This document shows, one piece after another, positions 11,471-25,074 of a stretch of DNA of 64,000 nt (its first letter is position 1; each line of letters begins with the position of its first letter). Below the pieces are notes generated by a model, which saw nothing but the letters and a program-made list of their open reading frames with translations, did no database searches and was not told where the DNA came from. Source of the stretch: Camelus ferus (lineage: Eukaryota). Position numbers and translations under genes: made by a program. The stretch covers positions 48,734,001 through 48,798,000 of the forward strand of contig NC_045696.1 in the NCBI RefSeq assembly GCF_009834535.1. Direction: 5' to 3'.

Positions 11471-13894
11471 TCCAAGAGCTAAGAAGCTCTTATTTATGCC
11501 AGGGACAGGCAGGGAAATAAAGTGGTAAACAAAAATGTGAACGTAGACACTATACTCAAATCAAATTCATGCACAAAGTAGAAAGTTTAAATGAAGTGGC
11601 AGTGGCATGTAATGAGTAGGAGTATTTTTAGTACCACTGGTAAACTCTAAGCGAATGACTGAGCATTTGCAGGGCTAAAGAAAACCTGTAGGCGGAGGGA
11701 ACAAGAGGAAGGTGAAAATGGAACGTCCGAAGTCCCAAGACTAGTGACTTGGGAGAATGTGCTTATTGCTACTTCCTTTTGTGATGGTGTCAAGAGTCCC
11801 CTGGTCACAGAATGGGAGGACAGTCTTCTTCGCCTGGCGTCACTGCACCTTTACCATCTATATGTGTAGAGCCAACTTTGCACTTTCTCTTTCTTTATGG
11901 ACACAAAGGCTGGCGCAGCACCTTGAATATAGTAGATTCCTGATAAATATTGAAGTGGATTAAATAGGAGTTAAAAAAAAACCTACCCAGTTGATCCTTA
12001 TTTCTGCTCCTTAGCAAAAATACTGTCATCTGGAGTTTGGTTTAGGAATGGTTTTAACATTATATTTCAACCAGCCATATGTATTCTATTCTATGCCTAT
12101 ATTTGAGGTAGCTGTCACATACTTATAAGGGAAAAATCTAAAGACTGAAACCCATTAATATGCATATGAAAAGTCTTGAAAGCAAACTATCCAACAATAA
12201 TATATTTAATTGAACATGTCCTAATGGTGGAAATTGGCTTTAATTGGCTGTTCCTTTTTCCATATATATTTCCATTTCTCTACAACAGCATGGACACAAG
12301 AGTTTTTGGTGTAAACAGCTTTCCAAAACAGTAAAATATCTTGTTGATATTTTATAGGTGCTCTCATTCAGCCCTATATTCTTAATTACTTCTAGGTTTA
12401 TAATTTTAGAACTCTGGTACTTCCCATATTAACTTACATCTGATGACAAAATGCTAGTGTTACATCTTAAAAACATTTCTAAACCTGAATATGTAAGCCA
12501 CAGTGGACTAGACAGTGTCTCCTCTAATTTTGTGTTCTGTCACTGCATTCGGTGTCACTCAGTTTCTTTGTCTGCCATGACTCAAGTTTGCCTAACTTAC
12601 ACTTGCTAAGTTTCCTTGGCAATTACCTTCTCTGAAGGGCCATGCCAGATCCTTTAATCTTCCCAAAAGCTTGCCTTTCCTCAGTCATAATTAAATGATA
12701 ATGTTAAAACCCTACATGATCCCAGTAAGAAGGTGTGGATAATAAAAATTAATGTTTTTTGCTTCTGATATCTGAACTGCATGCTGGACTGCTTATAAAT
12801 TAGGAAGAAAAAAGTATCTTTTTGTAGATAAATTTATAAAATATAGTCATCTAGAACAAAGGAAGTTTTGGAAGATAATCACATCTTTCCTACTTGTTTC
12901 TGAAGTTTAAATTTCATGGAGAAAATGTTATTTTTTGATAGGAGATGTATAATCTCTACATTTATGAGTCACCTTGATCTCACATCTTATAGTTTTGACC
13001 CAGTCATTTTGATTTTTTCTGAAGAATGTTGGAGTGAGACTTACTGTGCCTGGGAACCCAACAAATGCAAACTGTTTAAATCTTCAATATCCAGCTGAGC
13101 ACTATGGGATCAGAAGTCACACAATGCTGTAAGGACAGTGTCATTGCCCTTTGCTGATGATGTAAATTTGGTAAATATCGGTAAGCCCCTTGGGTTCAAC
13201 ATGAACTGAAAAGAAGGTTAGGCAAGCAGAAACTAGGGACTTCCGTAGAATCTGGGTTGCTTGGATTTTCACCAGACGGTAGACCGTGGCACTGCCTGAG
13301 CCATCCAACACACCCCAGACATTCCTCGGGGCTGACTCACACAGGTTTACGTATCACTGACGATACGCCTCACTGCTTCTATTCACTCCTATAGAAAAAG
13401 CCTATGGATCTTTGGGCAAAAGTGAGAAATGAGTTTCAAAGGACGCTTTAATAAATGAATGGCATAGAGTTTGTGCCATGGAGAAGGAAAGGCAGTGGGG
13501 GAAGTAACTAAAGTATTTAGAGATCCACTGAATTTAGCAAGCTAAATAAAGGAGCCATGGTTGTCAGTATGCAGGAATACCACTATTTCCTTTCATTCTT
13601 CTCTGGAGATGAATTTGAATCATATTCTTCCAGTGACTTCACAAAAGGTGGTGCTTGTGAGAAATTACATGTCATTGAGATGTGGTACATTGTCATTGAG
13701 ATATGTGATTTGATTTGAAGTAAAGGAACTCACAAAGAGCTTTCCACCTGGTTATGACTTAGTCATTCTGGCAGAGGAGCCTTAGAGGCTGTGTAATTGG
13801 AAATGAGACCTATTCCTCTCCTTGTTGGCCCGTTTATTGGCGAGGCAGTGCACACGGAGCTTGGACCAGGGTGTTCTTTACCGTGTGCTTACCT

Positions 13895-14360
13895 GGTCAC
13901 ATCCTTCAGTGTTTCCACTCCGCTTACTGGATGGAGTCAAAGTCCTCAGTATGGCCTAACAAGCCCTTCACATTATGGCTTCTGGCTCCTCCATCCAACC
14001 TGATTCCTCACCACTGCCCCCAGTGCAGACCTCAGGCTTTGTCATTCAGAATGTCTGGGGCTCCTGCAAGGTTCTCAAGCACCTACTGGAAGGTTCTTTC
14101 TCTCCCATGTATTGGGCTGGTCCTTTTTCTTCAACACACAACCCAGGCTTTACCTCCTTTGGGAAGGCAGCATTTTTCCACATCTAAAGTTCTTCTTGTT
14201 CCCACAGCAACTACAGCTTTCACAGCACTGATCACATTTACACAGTCTTACCTCTTGAACCAGGCCACCAGCTCTGGGAAGATGGGAACTGTGTTACATT
14301 TATCTTTCTATCCCTCAGAGTACAGTGGTGCCTGAAATAAAAGACAGGAGGTCCATTTAT
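13895..14360 (+). mobile_element. L2 3' region
   Basis: ccttcagtgtttcc...agtcaaagtcctcagtatggcctaacaagcccttcac...ctatccctcagagtacagtggtgcctgaaata resembles the L2 3' end. Confidence 0.65.
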
Positions 14361-14409
14361 GTTTTAAATTTAAATCTTTAATGATTCTTCATTTTGTCTG
14401 TAAGGGAAA

Positions 14410-14962
14410 TGTGGTAGACAGCTTCTAAGATGACTTCCAATAAACTTTACCTCCTGTATTTATGCGCTTGTATAATCCCCTCCATTTGGACTGAACTGAC
14501 TGACTCACTTCTAATGAAGCTAATGTAGCAGCCATGATGGGATGGCTCTTTGAAGGTTAGATTACAAAGAGCCTGTGACTCCCACCTTGGTCACTCTCTC
14601 TTCCTCTCTCCACTTGCCTTCTCTGAGCAAAGTCAGATACGGAGAAGCCCAGAGGGTAAGGAAATGAAAAAGGACTGAAGAAATGAGGCCCTCAGTCCAG
14701 GGTCCTGTGAGGAACTGAAATTCAGCCAACAATCACAATGTGACTGAGCTTGAAAGCAGATTCTCCCCCAAGTGGAGACTTAAGACGAGACTACAGACCC
14801 TGCTGACATACTGCCACCTCATGAGAGACCTTGACCCAGAGATGCTCAGCTGAGCTGTGCCTACATTCCTGATCCCCAGAAATTGTGCGGTAATAAATGT
14901 CTGCTGTTTTAAACATCTAAGCTTTGGAGTAACTTGTTACATAGCAAGAAATAACTAATATA
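14410..14962 (+). mobile_element. MaLR LTR (MLT1F-like), solo and near complete
   Basis: Starts tgtggtagacagcttctaagatgac, contains aataaa, and ends ctaagctttggagtaacttgttacatagcaagaaataactaatata. Confidence 0.85.
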
Positions 14963-15088
14963 GAGAACAAAGCGTTACACTAAATTATAAACTCTAAATT
15001 ACATGGTAGGTAGTGAGCCAAGAGCTGGTTTGGTCTTATAACAGGATCATTTAATCTAGGCTTTACTCTGTGCACTTGATGGGAAAAG

Positions 15089-15443
15089 AGTCTTCTCAGG
15101 CTCCCATAACAAAATAGCACAACCTGAATGGCTTAAAGAACAGACATTTATTTCTCACAGTTTTGGAGGCTGGAAAGTTCAAGATCAAGGTGCTGATAGA
15201 TTCAGTTCCTGGTGAGAGCTCCCTTCCTGACTTGCAGGACGATGTCCTCATATCACAGGGAGAGACAGAAAGCTCTCTAATGTCTCTTCTTATAAGGACA
15301 CTAATCCTACTGAATCAGGCCCCACCTTTACACCCTCATTTAACTTTAATCACTCCCTTATAGGTCCTGTCTCCACGTACAGTCAGGTTGAGTGTTAGGG
15401 CTCAATGTACGAATTTTGAGGGAACACAATTCAGTCCATAGCA
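15089..15443 (-). mobile_element. MaLR LTR (MLT1A0-like)
   Basis: catttatttctcacagttttggaggctggaaagttcaagatcaaggtg ... cttataaggacactaatcc ... acacaattcagtccatagca. Confidence 0.85.
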
Positions 15444-15564
15444 TTCTGCTCTTAAAAGCATTGTACTTTTTTCTTTATTGTTAATTTCCATTTAATTCCA
15501 AAAATATAAAAAGAACTATTAAGGTACCTGGGGACACAGTGGAAAAATGCAGGTATCTGTCATC

Positions 15565-15910
15565 CAGTTCCAGTTAATGGTGAATTAGTGTGTATCGACA
15601 AATCTTTCTACTGATAACAACTATAAAGTCTGGAGAAAAAGAAATATTTGAAGTTACTAAAAAGCACAGGAAAGTGACTGAAATTGGGCAGAAACTGGAG
15701 AAGATTTGAGCCCTGGAAGAAAGTAAGAGATCTGTGTTTATATATTCTTTCCCCCCAAAAAATTCCCTGGTCAGCAGAGAATGCAGGATTGCTGGATTTC
15801 AAGAGAAAGCTGAAGTCTCACTGATCTGGTGGCTGAAGGACAGAGGTCAGGCTGCCAAAGTGGCTGCAACTTGTGGGAGGAGGAGTGAACCTGGAAAGGG
15901 GGTGGTTACA
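15565..15910 (+). mobile_element. Old L1M 5'-end fragment
   Basis: agttccagttaatgg...ctgataacaactataaagtctggagaaaaagaaatatttgaag resembles L1M 5' termini and the L1 start at 43490. Confidence 0.45.
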
Positions 15911-16423
15911 AAGCATGTGTGTCAAGAATATGTAATTAATTCCTCAAATCTATTATTAAAAAGACAAATCACCCAATAAAAAGCAGTTAGAAAAAGATAT
16001 AAAGACAGTCAAAACATTACACTATACATAAATGATCTCTGCATTTCACTGTACATAATTTATTGTAACATTTTTAGAAAGAGAAAAGCAAAGTGTGCAC
16101 TGTTCCTATTCACATGGAGCTTACATTTTACACTAACATGATTTTATTTCTAACTGGCTAATTCAGTTTAAGAGTGAAATTTGAGTATAAGAGTGGACAG
16201 AATCTAGAAAGTGAGGTGTGGACTAGAAAAGACTGGAGTGTAGGCAAACAGATGTAGTCAATGTCAAAAGAACAACTGAAATACTTAATAAGGAGGTTGG
16301 CAATATGTGACAGTGCCTGGCTCTAGTGAGTGAGATACTTTACCAGGCTCTGATCAGTCATCCAGCTTCGTACAGATTTTATTCATGTCTTGGGTTTAGT
16401 CTTGCAGACAGGAAAGCAAATTA

Positions 16424-16849
16424 CAGGTTTCTCCTGCTATCCAAAAGTAGAACATTGCTATGAAACCTGTAAGTTGAAATGGCATAAAGCAAAAAAGCAA
16501 TTACCTTAGGATACATTTTGCTAACGGATGCTCAAAATAAATTGAGATAAAGTGCAGATGCTCACAGACACAGTTCAAAGCTATGGCAGCTTGATGCTGA
16601 TGCAGAGTGTAGTTCCTGGGGCAGGAGCTTGGCGGGGCCACTCTTTGCTGCTCGGGGTGCACATTGCCTCTATAACAGGCTTGCTGCAAAACAAATGCTG
16701 AATGCTATTTTCGCTTTTCCCCTTTTTTCAATAATGCAAAAATCCTTTTTGAGTTTCTTTGCATTATGGAAAACAAGTACTGATGTAGGTCTGTCTGTCA
16801 TAAAAGCAAAGTAGCATAAAGCAAACTTTTGAAAAACACAGGAGACCTG
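16424..16849 (-). mobile_element. MER47B (TcMar-Tigger) non-autonomous DNA transposon, full length
   Basis: Terminal inverted repeats caggtttctcctgctatccaaaagt and actttttgaaaaacacaggagacctg, with TA on the left. The body (gatgctcacagacacagttcaaagctatggc, gtagttcctggggcaggagcttggcggggccactct) matches recalled MER47B. Confidence 0.85.
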
Positions 16850-16876
16850 AATATGCCTTTCCCAGACAGATATCTT

Positions 16877-17088
16877 CAGTGGCACACTGAAGCTGGGAGT
16901 GGTGCAAAGGTTAGCCTCAGCAGGGAGGAGGATTTTATCATGGACATTGTTTAGATTTACCAGTGCACGATAGTAACAACAGCAGGTTGACTTTTCAATT
17001 TTACTGTTGCTTTTAAATTCTCTAGCACCTCTTATTGCCTGCAGGAGGATGGATGCTTCCAGTGTCCCACTGCCTTTGGTAAAGGGTT
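16877..17088 (-). mobile_element. ORSL-like hAT-Tip100 element
   Basis: The reverse complement reads tgcaggcaataagaggtgctagagaatttaaaagcaac...aaatctaaacaatgtccatgataaaatcctcctccc...gtgccactg, matching recalled ORSL. Confidence 0.7.
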
Positions 17089-17214
17089 GGATGTCTCCAT
17101 TTGTTTAACCGGGGACCTTAAAGATAGGACATGTCTCTTTATTTAGCAACCATGGTCTCCCAAATCCCTAACAATTCTAGGTTCTTTTGTTCCACTTTCT
17201 TCTGTGTGCATAAT

Positions 17215-17340
17215 AGAAAGAATGTAAACTGAGACTCAAGAGACCTGGGAGTTATAACTCTGCCTTTGCCACATAATCACAGTGTTAAATGAGATAAGTA
17301 TATGGAACTGAGCCCACACTCTCCTTTGAAATTTAAATGA
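17215..17340 (+). mobile_element. MIR fragment
   Basis: actcaagagacctgggagttataactctgcctttgccac resembles the MIR 5' half. Confidence 0.45.
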
Positions 17341-18289
17341 AATTGCTCAAGCTTGCTAACCCACAATTTTGTGATTTTCGTGAATTCCTAGGGATTGAGT
17401 TCTTCATAATTACATCTGGCTCTGAGTTGCTGCTTCTCTTCACTTCCTTACTCCAATCTCTTCTTTACTCCAAAATTAATCTCTTTACTAACTTCTTTTG
17501 GACTCAGGTATGGAATGCAACACTTTTTCCTAGATTTCACCAAATCCACTCATCTAATGCAATTATAATGTATAGAAGACTCTTTTAAGAGTTTGGATCA
17601 TGGAAGTTTGTAGCTTAATAGTTTCACAATTACAGCTGTATGTGAGACCTCTCTATTCTCAAGCTTTCCAGGGGTCCCCGACCACAGATTTGTTCAGTAG
17701 CAGCTCTTTTTTTTTCATCAAATACCAGCTTAAAACTTGTTTCCCGATTCTTCTTTATTTTTCAGACTCTCCTCCTAGAAAGCCTATCTTTTATCTCCAA
17801 GGATTTATTTATGGTTTTTTTTTAAACAGAAGTGCATCTACCCTGGATCTTAAACTTTAGCCCAGAAAAATAGGCAGAAACTAGACATTCTATTCTTTCT
17901 TTTCTCTGTCTCCTATGACACTCTGAAATAAAAAGGATGGAGATATTTTTCCCCATTGGTACGCTTTGTGTCATCCCTCAGAAGCAAAAAGCTACAGCAA
18001 TGAACTTTTTAAAATATATAAATGCTTCTCCCTACAATGTATATAAAAATAGCACATAAAAGGCATTTAATTAATTTTTGTTTTTATTCTTTGTTTAATA
18101 ACTATTGGTCAAATGGCTTCATCTCCCTTGGTCTTGCTACCCATTTTGGCAACATTCAACATTTTTTGAGCCCACATTATGTACCAGGAAAAAAAAAAAG
18201 ATAAAATATTAAATAAGCCTCATCACTCAAGCTATTTATTTCTCACTATAATACATACTGACTGGGCTTTCTATACACAGATAAATATG

Positions 18290-18630
18290 ACTCTGTGTCT
18301 GTGTGTTTTCTAGAATGTTCTCTCATACTATTTCTGCTTGCTCAAATCCTCTCCCTCATCAAGACTTAAGTGTTATGTTACCTACTTCATAAAAAAATCT
18401 TTGATTTTCCATTTTGCTGTTTTGTTTCTGAACATCCATAACACTTTGTGTTTCTTTTATGTATTTCCATGTTCAGTCATTTTCCCCAAGTCTCTAAATG
18501 TCTTACACCTCCTTGTCAAGTAACGGCCAATTGCCGAGATTCTCCCCATTTGCTTTCCCTTTGCATCCCTCACAGCGCCTGCTATAACGCCTGCCCCTTG
18601 TAGACACCACATATTTGTAGAAATGATTCA
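18290..18630 (+). mobile_element. L2 3' end
   Basis: ctagaatgttctctc...caaatcctctccctcatcaagact...atccctcacagcgcctgctataacgcctgccc...atatttgtagaaatga. Confidence 0.55.
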
Positions 18631-21029
18631 TTTCAGGAGACACTGACATTTTATCATCTGATTCCTCACTTGGAATTTAAGAATCTTCTTTGACTTTGTA
18701 CCGACTACTTACTGCATCATTTGAACCAAATTTCTTATTTCTTTTTGCATAGTATATTTAAAATTCTACTCTTCCCCTCTTTTACCAATAAGAGCAAATA
18801 TTTAGTCCCTCTCTGTGCTACCTGAGAAACCTTAAAAATATTTTCTGAAAATTCATACTAGATTCTGTAACCAAAATGATTTTCTTCCTGCTCTGGTAAA
18901 AACCTTAGCCACCTCCTTGAAACAATTCATTGCTTCCTCCTCAATGAAAGAAAAGAAATTCTTCACCTTAGCTCCCTAGTCATTAATCTTAGCTACAGAA
19001 TTAAATACTGTTATTTATTCTTATTAAAATAGATATCACCCACACAGTAAGATATCTGTTTTGCTAATTACTTTTTAGATTTATTTTTGTCTCTTTTATG
19101 TTTTGCTTTCTAAGCAGAGGGAAAAGAAAAGGAAAGAATATATAACTTTGAGCTTTAAGATTATAATAGAGATATGCAATACTGTAACCATTACTTTTAA
19201 AAATTAACAGAAAGGCTAACAGTGTGCACTGGATTATTACAGTTTTCCTATGTTTAGAGAATGTTAAATAGTTGCAGAATTATCATGACCATATTTTAGG
19301 ATTTGTATATATAAATATGTATATGGTAATGGTTCAAAAATATGTACTAATTCATGGCATTTCTTAAGAGGTCATTGATAAAATGGCATCAGTATAAATC
19401 TGATTAAAAATAAGAGGCTATGTAACTTCTCCAAAAATATTTTGTGGTGAATAACCCCAAATTCCCTGGGTACTTTGAAGCCACTGAAATACTATCCCCT
19501 TAACTCGGGAGCAGCATTGGGGGTGGGAGGTGTTCACAAAAACAAGAAGATAACCTGAAATAATGTTTATATCAGTTTAGGTGGTTTTATATTAAACCAG
19601 ATGAAAAAGTACTATACTCCCTAACATCCAATTAGGATCTCCCAGAAACTTTTAAAATTATTGCTTTTTCCCAGGGAAAAAGAATCTCCTATATTTTCCT
19701 GATACTGGAAATAAAGCAGTAATATAGCCTAGATTATACAGGACCATACCTATTTTAAAATGCTTGTTCCATAGCTAGATCATGTATCAAAATACATGCC
19801 CCAAACCTAACTTTGCAAAAAAAAATGGAACCCTAGAAATTTCAGAACCATTCTTTTATTCTGGTGTTTTAAATTTAAGTTTTTCCTTACAAGCAGCTCT
19901 CTTTTCTCTGGTAACTAAATGCTGTGTTAGTTCTAGAAAAAATGTGGGATTGGCTGACTGAAATAAAACTTTACCTCCAGTCACTGAAAAGACCAGAATT
20001 GATCCTGTAGCCTATAGGCCAATCCATCAGCTGGTGAATGATCACATTCTGTCTCTGTGAGAAGAATAAACAGACACAGAGACACTAGTACAAAAATTTG
20101 GGTACATGAAATGAAGATCCATTTAGGGTCAGATTCGACCACACGTACAATGATGAGAAGCAGACAAAGCTGGTCTCTGCTCTTGGCTTGAGGAACAGAA
20201 CAGACGTCACAAAAAAAAGTCCTCCTCCCAAAGGTCCCCGGGTTCTCAAAGGTCGTCTCGCATGGGGACAGGCTTAGATTTGCTACTTTATTCTTCAATA
20301 TAGCCTTCTATTTAAGCTACACTAAAGGGGGTCCTTCTAACTAAAGCACCTTGACTAAAACACTAGTGTTAGGGCTGTAAGTTGGGGGAAACACATTGGG
20401 CAATTGAAGCAGATTTCTGGATCATTCCAATTAAAATATATTTTAAGGAGAGATACTCCATGGAAGACAAATTCTTTTTTTCCTTAATGATATTGCTTTC
20501 CTTCCTTATCTACCGTAACAAACTCTTTAAACAGAACTTTCCTTAAACATCGTTCCCTCATCAAAATTGGAAAGATCATTCAAATTACTGTTTTAACCAA
20601 AGAGTGCAGGAAACAGCTTAATTGTATCCCCTTGTCCTATATTTCAGTAAACTACCTGTGTGGCTATGGACAAGTCACTTTCTCACAGCCATCAAGGGAT
20701 TCAAGGCTCGGTTCCTCCACCTAAAAACAAAGAGGTTAATTTAGATGCCACCAAAGATTTCTTCAAGCGTAAAATATATTGCAGTTCTAAATTCATAGGA
20801 AGTGGTGCCCAAGAAAAATTAAAAATAGCCACAATTAGGGTTCTTCAAGTTTTCAATTAACTTGCTCAGCTGTGAGCATTGTGATAAAATTGCAATGTAA
20901 TTGTGATTAATGTTGTAATCATTATGATCATTTTTATCATAACAAATCAGAGGGAGATAGCCCACAGCAACAAAGGCAACAATACAGTACAGATTGCTGC
21001 TAATATGAACAATGCCTTTCAATTACATA

Positions 21030-21130
21030 GAGTTTTACAGCTTAAGAAAACATTTTACATACATTATCTCATTTGATCTCATACCTACTCTATGAAATGT
21101 GCCTTGATAAAACAGGCTCACAGAAATTTG
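21030..21130 (-). mobile_element. MIR fragment
   Basis: acattttacatacattatctcatttgatctcatacctactctatga. Confidence 0.6.
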
Positions 21131-21454
21131 AAGGTGGAATCATGGAAGCTCACAGAAAGACAATTTTCAAATTGGGGGAGAATTAATATGATTTATAAGG
21201 CAGATAAAACAGTAATTCCCAATATTTTGTGTGGGTACACATGCCAAAGTTCACTTTAGAATCTGAAGAGAGCCATGAATCTTTTACCCAAAACATGTAC
21301 ACACCTACAACTATTGACACAAAGTCTATGAAGACTTCATCATTTATCTCTGATTCTACGTCAGAATGCTGTGCATTTTGGGAACTCATTAAAAGGAAAA
21401 GTAAAATAAAATTTTCTCTGATGTCTACAAAGTTAGGTAGAAGAAAGGATATTT

Positions 21455-21630
21455 AATGTTTACTGAGTGATGTCTACATGTGAAATACTTTACATTCTTA
21501 TCTTATTTAATTTTAAGAGTAGCCCTAGAAAGTAGAAATTATCTTCAATTTATAGTTAAGGTCCGGAGAGATCTAGTCACTTGTTATATAATTGGAAAGC
21601 AATAGGAGGAATTTACAGCTAAGTGTCTAT
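21455..21630 (-). mobile_element. MIR fragment
   Basis: atactttacattcttatcttatttaatt...agccctagaaagtagaaattatcttcaatttatagttaagg. Confidence 0.55.
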
Positions 21631-22644
21631 GATCTGTGCAAAGGATAAATTTAAACTTTAAAAAATCTTAACTTTGAAAGACTTTAAAATGAAGAGTTTC
21701 TGTTCTGTAGAAAGGATGTGTTCTTTCTACTACATCATACTGGTTAACATGTTAATACACTGTTCAGGAAAAGAAAACCACTTTTGCTTGACTGCCTTTG
21801 TAGTCACTGGGCTTAAGAATTTAGATAGCCATCTTTGCATAACTCTGTCCTTAGAGTTTTTAACAAAAGGTGAAGAGAGGTAATGTAGTGCATGAAGAGG
21901 TGATGATGTTGTGTTAGGTTTGAGAAATTACTTATTTTGTGAAGATACATTTAAGGTAAGGAGAGTAGATTAGAGATACAGGAAGACTAGGGTAAGCACT
22001 CAGTCAATCAGGAAAGATGCTTCATCTGTGACACAAGAAACAAGAAAAAGACATAAGCATGTGCATCAGAGTGAAATCTGGGACTGCCATGGATGATGGA
22101 GGATAGGGTACAGTCATAGCTGTCACCTGCCTTCAGGTATATATGTATCACTTCAGGACTGGAGTGCTCCACTGCCACATTTGGAAGGATCACTTCCTGG
22201 TTATCTTTGGAGATATATCCTTATCATGGTCACACGTTATCAAGAGTGTGATCCTTGGGCACAACCTTACCATGCTTTTATTGGGCCAATCCTGTAATCC
22301 TTACCTCAGCCCTTTTAGTGGACCCCAAAGAATCATTTTTAATACCCTTCAGGGGTCATCAGTAATAGCCCATTAGTGAAAATGAAGCACTTTGGCTCTC
22401 TGGGCCCTAGTTTCCCTTCGGCTCACCTGACTGCCAAAGAATGGAATCAGCACCCTATAGCAACTTCCAACAGAAGGCACCTCCAGTTCAAAGCCCACAG
22501 GCACTTCTCTGGGAATTTAATGCTGCCACCACTAGACAGAGATGGTCATTTATCCAGAGATTAAGCTCCTAGAGATCTCAGTTCTCTCTTTTTCTTTTTG
22601 TTTGTAGGTAATATGCTTCCCTCACAATCTCCATGACAATGCCA

Positions 22645-22848
22645 CATGATTCTCCAACTTGGACAAGTGTCAGAATCATCTGGAAAGCTTTTACATATAT
22701 TGACTCCAGGACTCCATTCTTACAGCTTCCAATATGGTAAGTCTGAGGAGCAATCCAGAAATCTACCTATTTATCCCTGCATCCATCTCTTCCTCCATCT
22801 GTCCACCTCCCTTGGTAATGCTAACAATCAGTTTGGAGTATTTCTGTA
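22645..22848. mobile_element. MER5-type hAT MITE
   Basis: tgattctccaacttgg...tcagaatcatctggaaagctttt...cacctcccttggtaatgctaa...agtttggagtatttctg. Confidence 0.6.
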
Positions 22849-24889
22849 CTATAGAACACGCAAGAGCAGGTACACAGTTCAGAGCTTTTACTTGGAATCT
22901 CACCCAGAAACAGATACTCAAAAAATAATTCAGAGTCTGTAATATGTTATAATACATTTTAGGATGCATAACAATTTTTATTACGGCAGCTTAGAATGAA
23001 AACAACATGATTTTGGATAAGATGTATCCAAAATAACACAGTCTTGTTATTCAAGTTTGGCACCAGCTGCACCTGCCAAAAAGGCACTTCTACTTTCTCT
23101 TCTAGTTAACAGACCCGCCACGATGCTTGAGTCTTCTTTCCCCAGCCCCAGGCTGAACTTTCCCTCTTGGTGTCACGGCATCCAGAGAACAAGGTGCTCA
23201 TCTCTTTGAAGCTCTGATTTATCCCTTGAGCTTCGTGTCTAAATTGCCCTCCTCAAAGTCACTTGAACTGTGACTCAATCAGATCTCTGCTTTAATCACA
23301 ATCTCAGTGAGCGCATCCCAGACTTACCTCTCTATTCTTAATTATCCTTTCCAATAATCACTTTAAGCTCATTCACATCCTTTTATAGCTCCTATTTTCC
23401 TAGGTGCTGCTGTCCTAGTTTTTCCTTTCAGTTATGCTGCATCAAGATCCTGATTTCGTCTGGCATTATCAGAGTTACTCCTGTACATGTTTATTTGATC
23501 ACATGAAACCTGTAAAACAGGGACAGTCCAACTTGATTTGCAAGAAGGAGTAGTTTCTACAAGTCTATAAAGTGCAAACAAATTACTGTGCTTCTTAATT
23601 TAAGAACAGTTATGTGGCAAACAGCACCACAGGACTTAGAAAACTCCAAATGGAAACTAAAGCATGAGAATTCAAGAACTTGCCATTTTAAGTTCTTGAG
23701 GATGCAGGAGATAAGGGAAAAGAATAGTGGAAGTCAAAGTAGGAAAAGAATAAAATGAAGAAAGTAAAATTTTCATAATAAAAAGAACAAGTAATGAGCA
23801 GAATGCTGAAGATGCAGGCAGTGACTGCGTATCGCAGTTAATTCAGTTTAGTTATCCCAGTTTATTTTTATAAGATTTTGTCCATTTTGGAGTCATGTGG
23901 ATTACCCCATGGCGTGTCCTCATTTCCTTTGTGAGACTCAAATCTGCTATTTCCTGATCTCACTAACACATTTTCTTTAAATTGCCTTGCAATTCCCAGT
24001 GATTTTAACTTCAATTTAATGCTAGCAATAATTGACTTCTGGTTAATTCTGAGCTTCATTTACAGGAACGAGATCGATATTGTGCGCTGTCGTGTCTAAG
24101 AGCTGCCGGACCGTGCTCAGAGGGAACCAGACCGAGCATTTTCCAGACAGAAATCGTGGGGTCTATTGAACACAGTGAAGCAAAAGTCACAAAATAGAAG
24201 CTAGAAGTAAGTTCAGTCCTGTAGAGTTTGAGGCAAAGTCCACAGAAGCAGCGTTTCTGACTGAAAAAAAAAGTCCGTAATAGAATTTCTTACATTTTTG
24301 TCTATTAAATAATCATAACTCATGCGGAAGGTTTTTTTTCACAGTGATTCAGAACAGTGTGTAGATTGCTTTCTCAGATTTTATTATTTTGTTATTATTT
24401 TGAAAAATAAATAATATTTTGTATTAAAACTTAAAAGTAAACAACATTCTGTATTATATAGCATTCTAAATAATTGTGTTTTATTCATTGTGTTTCCATA
24501 CACACTCATTGTTTTACCTTCATATCAGGAGGAGGTAGATAGATTTGATCAATCGTGTTTTATCGTGAGAAGCCAACATTTAGAATAGTGGAAGGTCTTG
24601 CCACAAGTCATCCAACAGAGGATGGGTGGAGACGAGATTAGGAATCAGATCTCATCATTCTGAGTTCTCGGATAGTGTCATTTTCTACTCTGCTATCCCC
24701 AATTAATTTACAGCCATGGTTAAGGTCTGTTCTTAGATAAAAAGTGTCCCAGGACAAAAGATAAGGGCATGTAAGCAGTATACATATAAAATATATGATA
24801 TATGATATGATGTCTTGATATATGAGAATTTATTAAAGTTGACAGACAGTAGAGCTATGGTAAAGAATAAAAATGGTAGCGCCAAATCT

Positions 24890-25020
24890 GTAATCCTATG
24901 CTTCCATTTCCTCATCTGCAAAACATAAATAATATTAGTACTTACCAAACAGAGTCACCATAAGGATTAAATGAGTTAATACACACAAAACACATAAAAA
25001 AGCACATGCAATGAAATGGC
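24890..25020 (+). mobile_element. MIR
   Basis: tttcctcatctgcaaaacataaataatattagtacttacc...aggattaaatgagttaatac. Confidence 0.75.
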
Positions 25021-25074
25021 ATTTGGCTTAAAAATGATGTTGGTATAATCATAAAATATGTCAATTTACATTTA

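Noticed and set aside
13871..14335. Longest ORF in the window (154 aa)
   Set aside because: It lies over a decayed L2 3' region, has a GTG start, and shows no recognisable domain.
20150..20200. ATGATGA box-C-like motif suggesting a C/D snoRNA
   Set aside because: No properly placed CTGA box D and no terminal stem.
21305..21386. Minus-strand exon-like segment (SQNAQHSDVESEINDEVFIDFVSIVV)
   Set aside because: The acceptor is GAG rather than YAG and the donor (gtgtgt) is weak, so it was left out of the exon chain.
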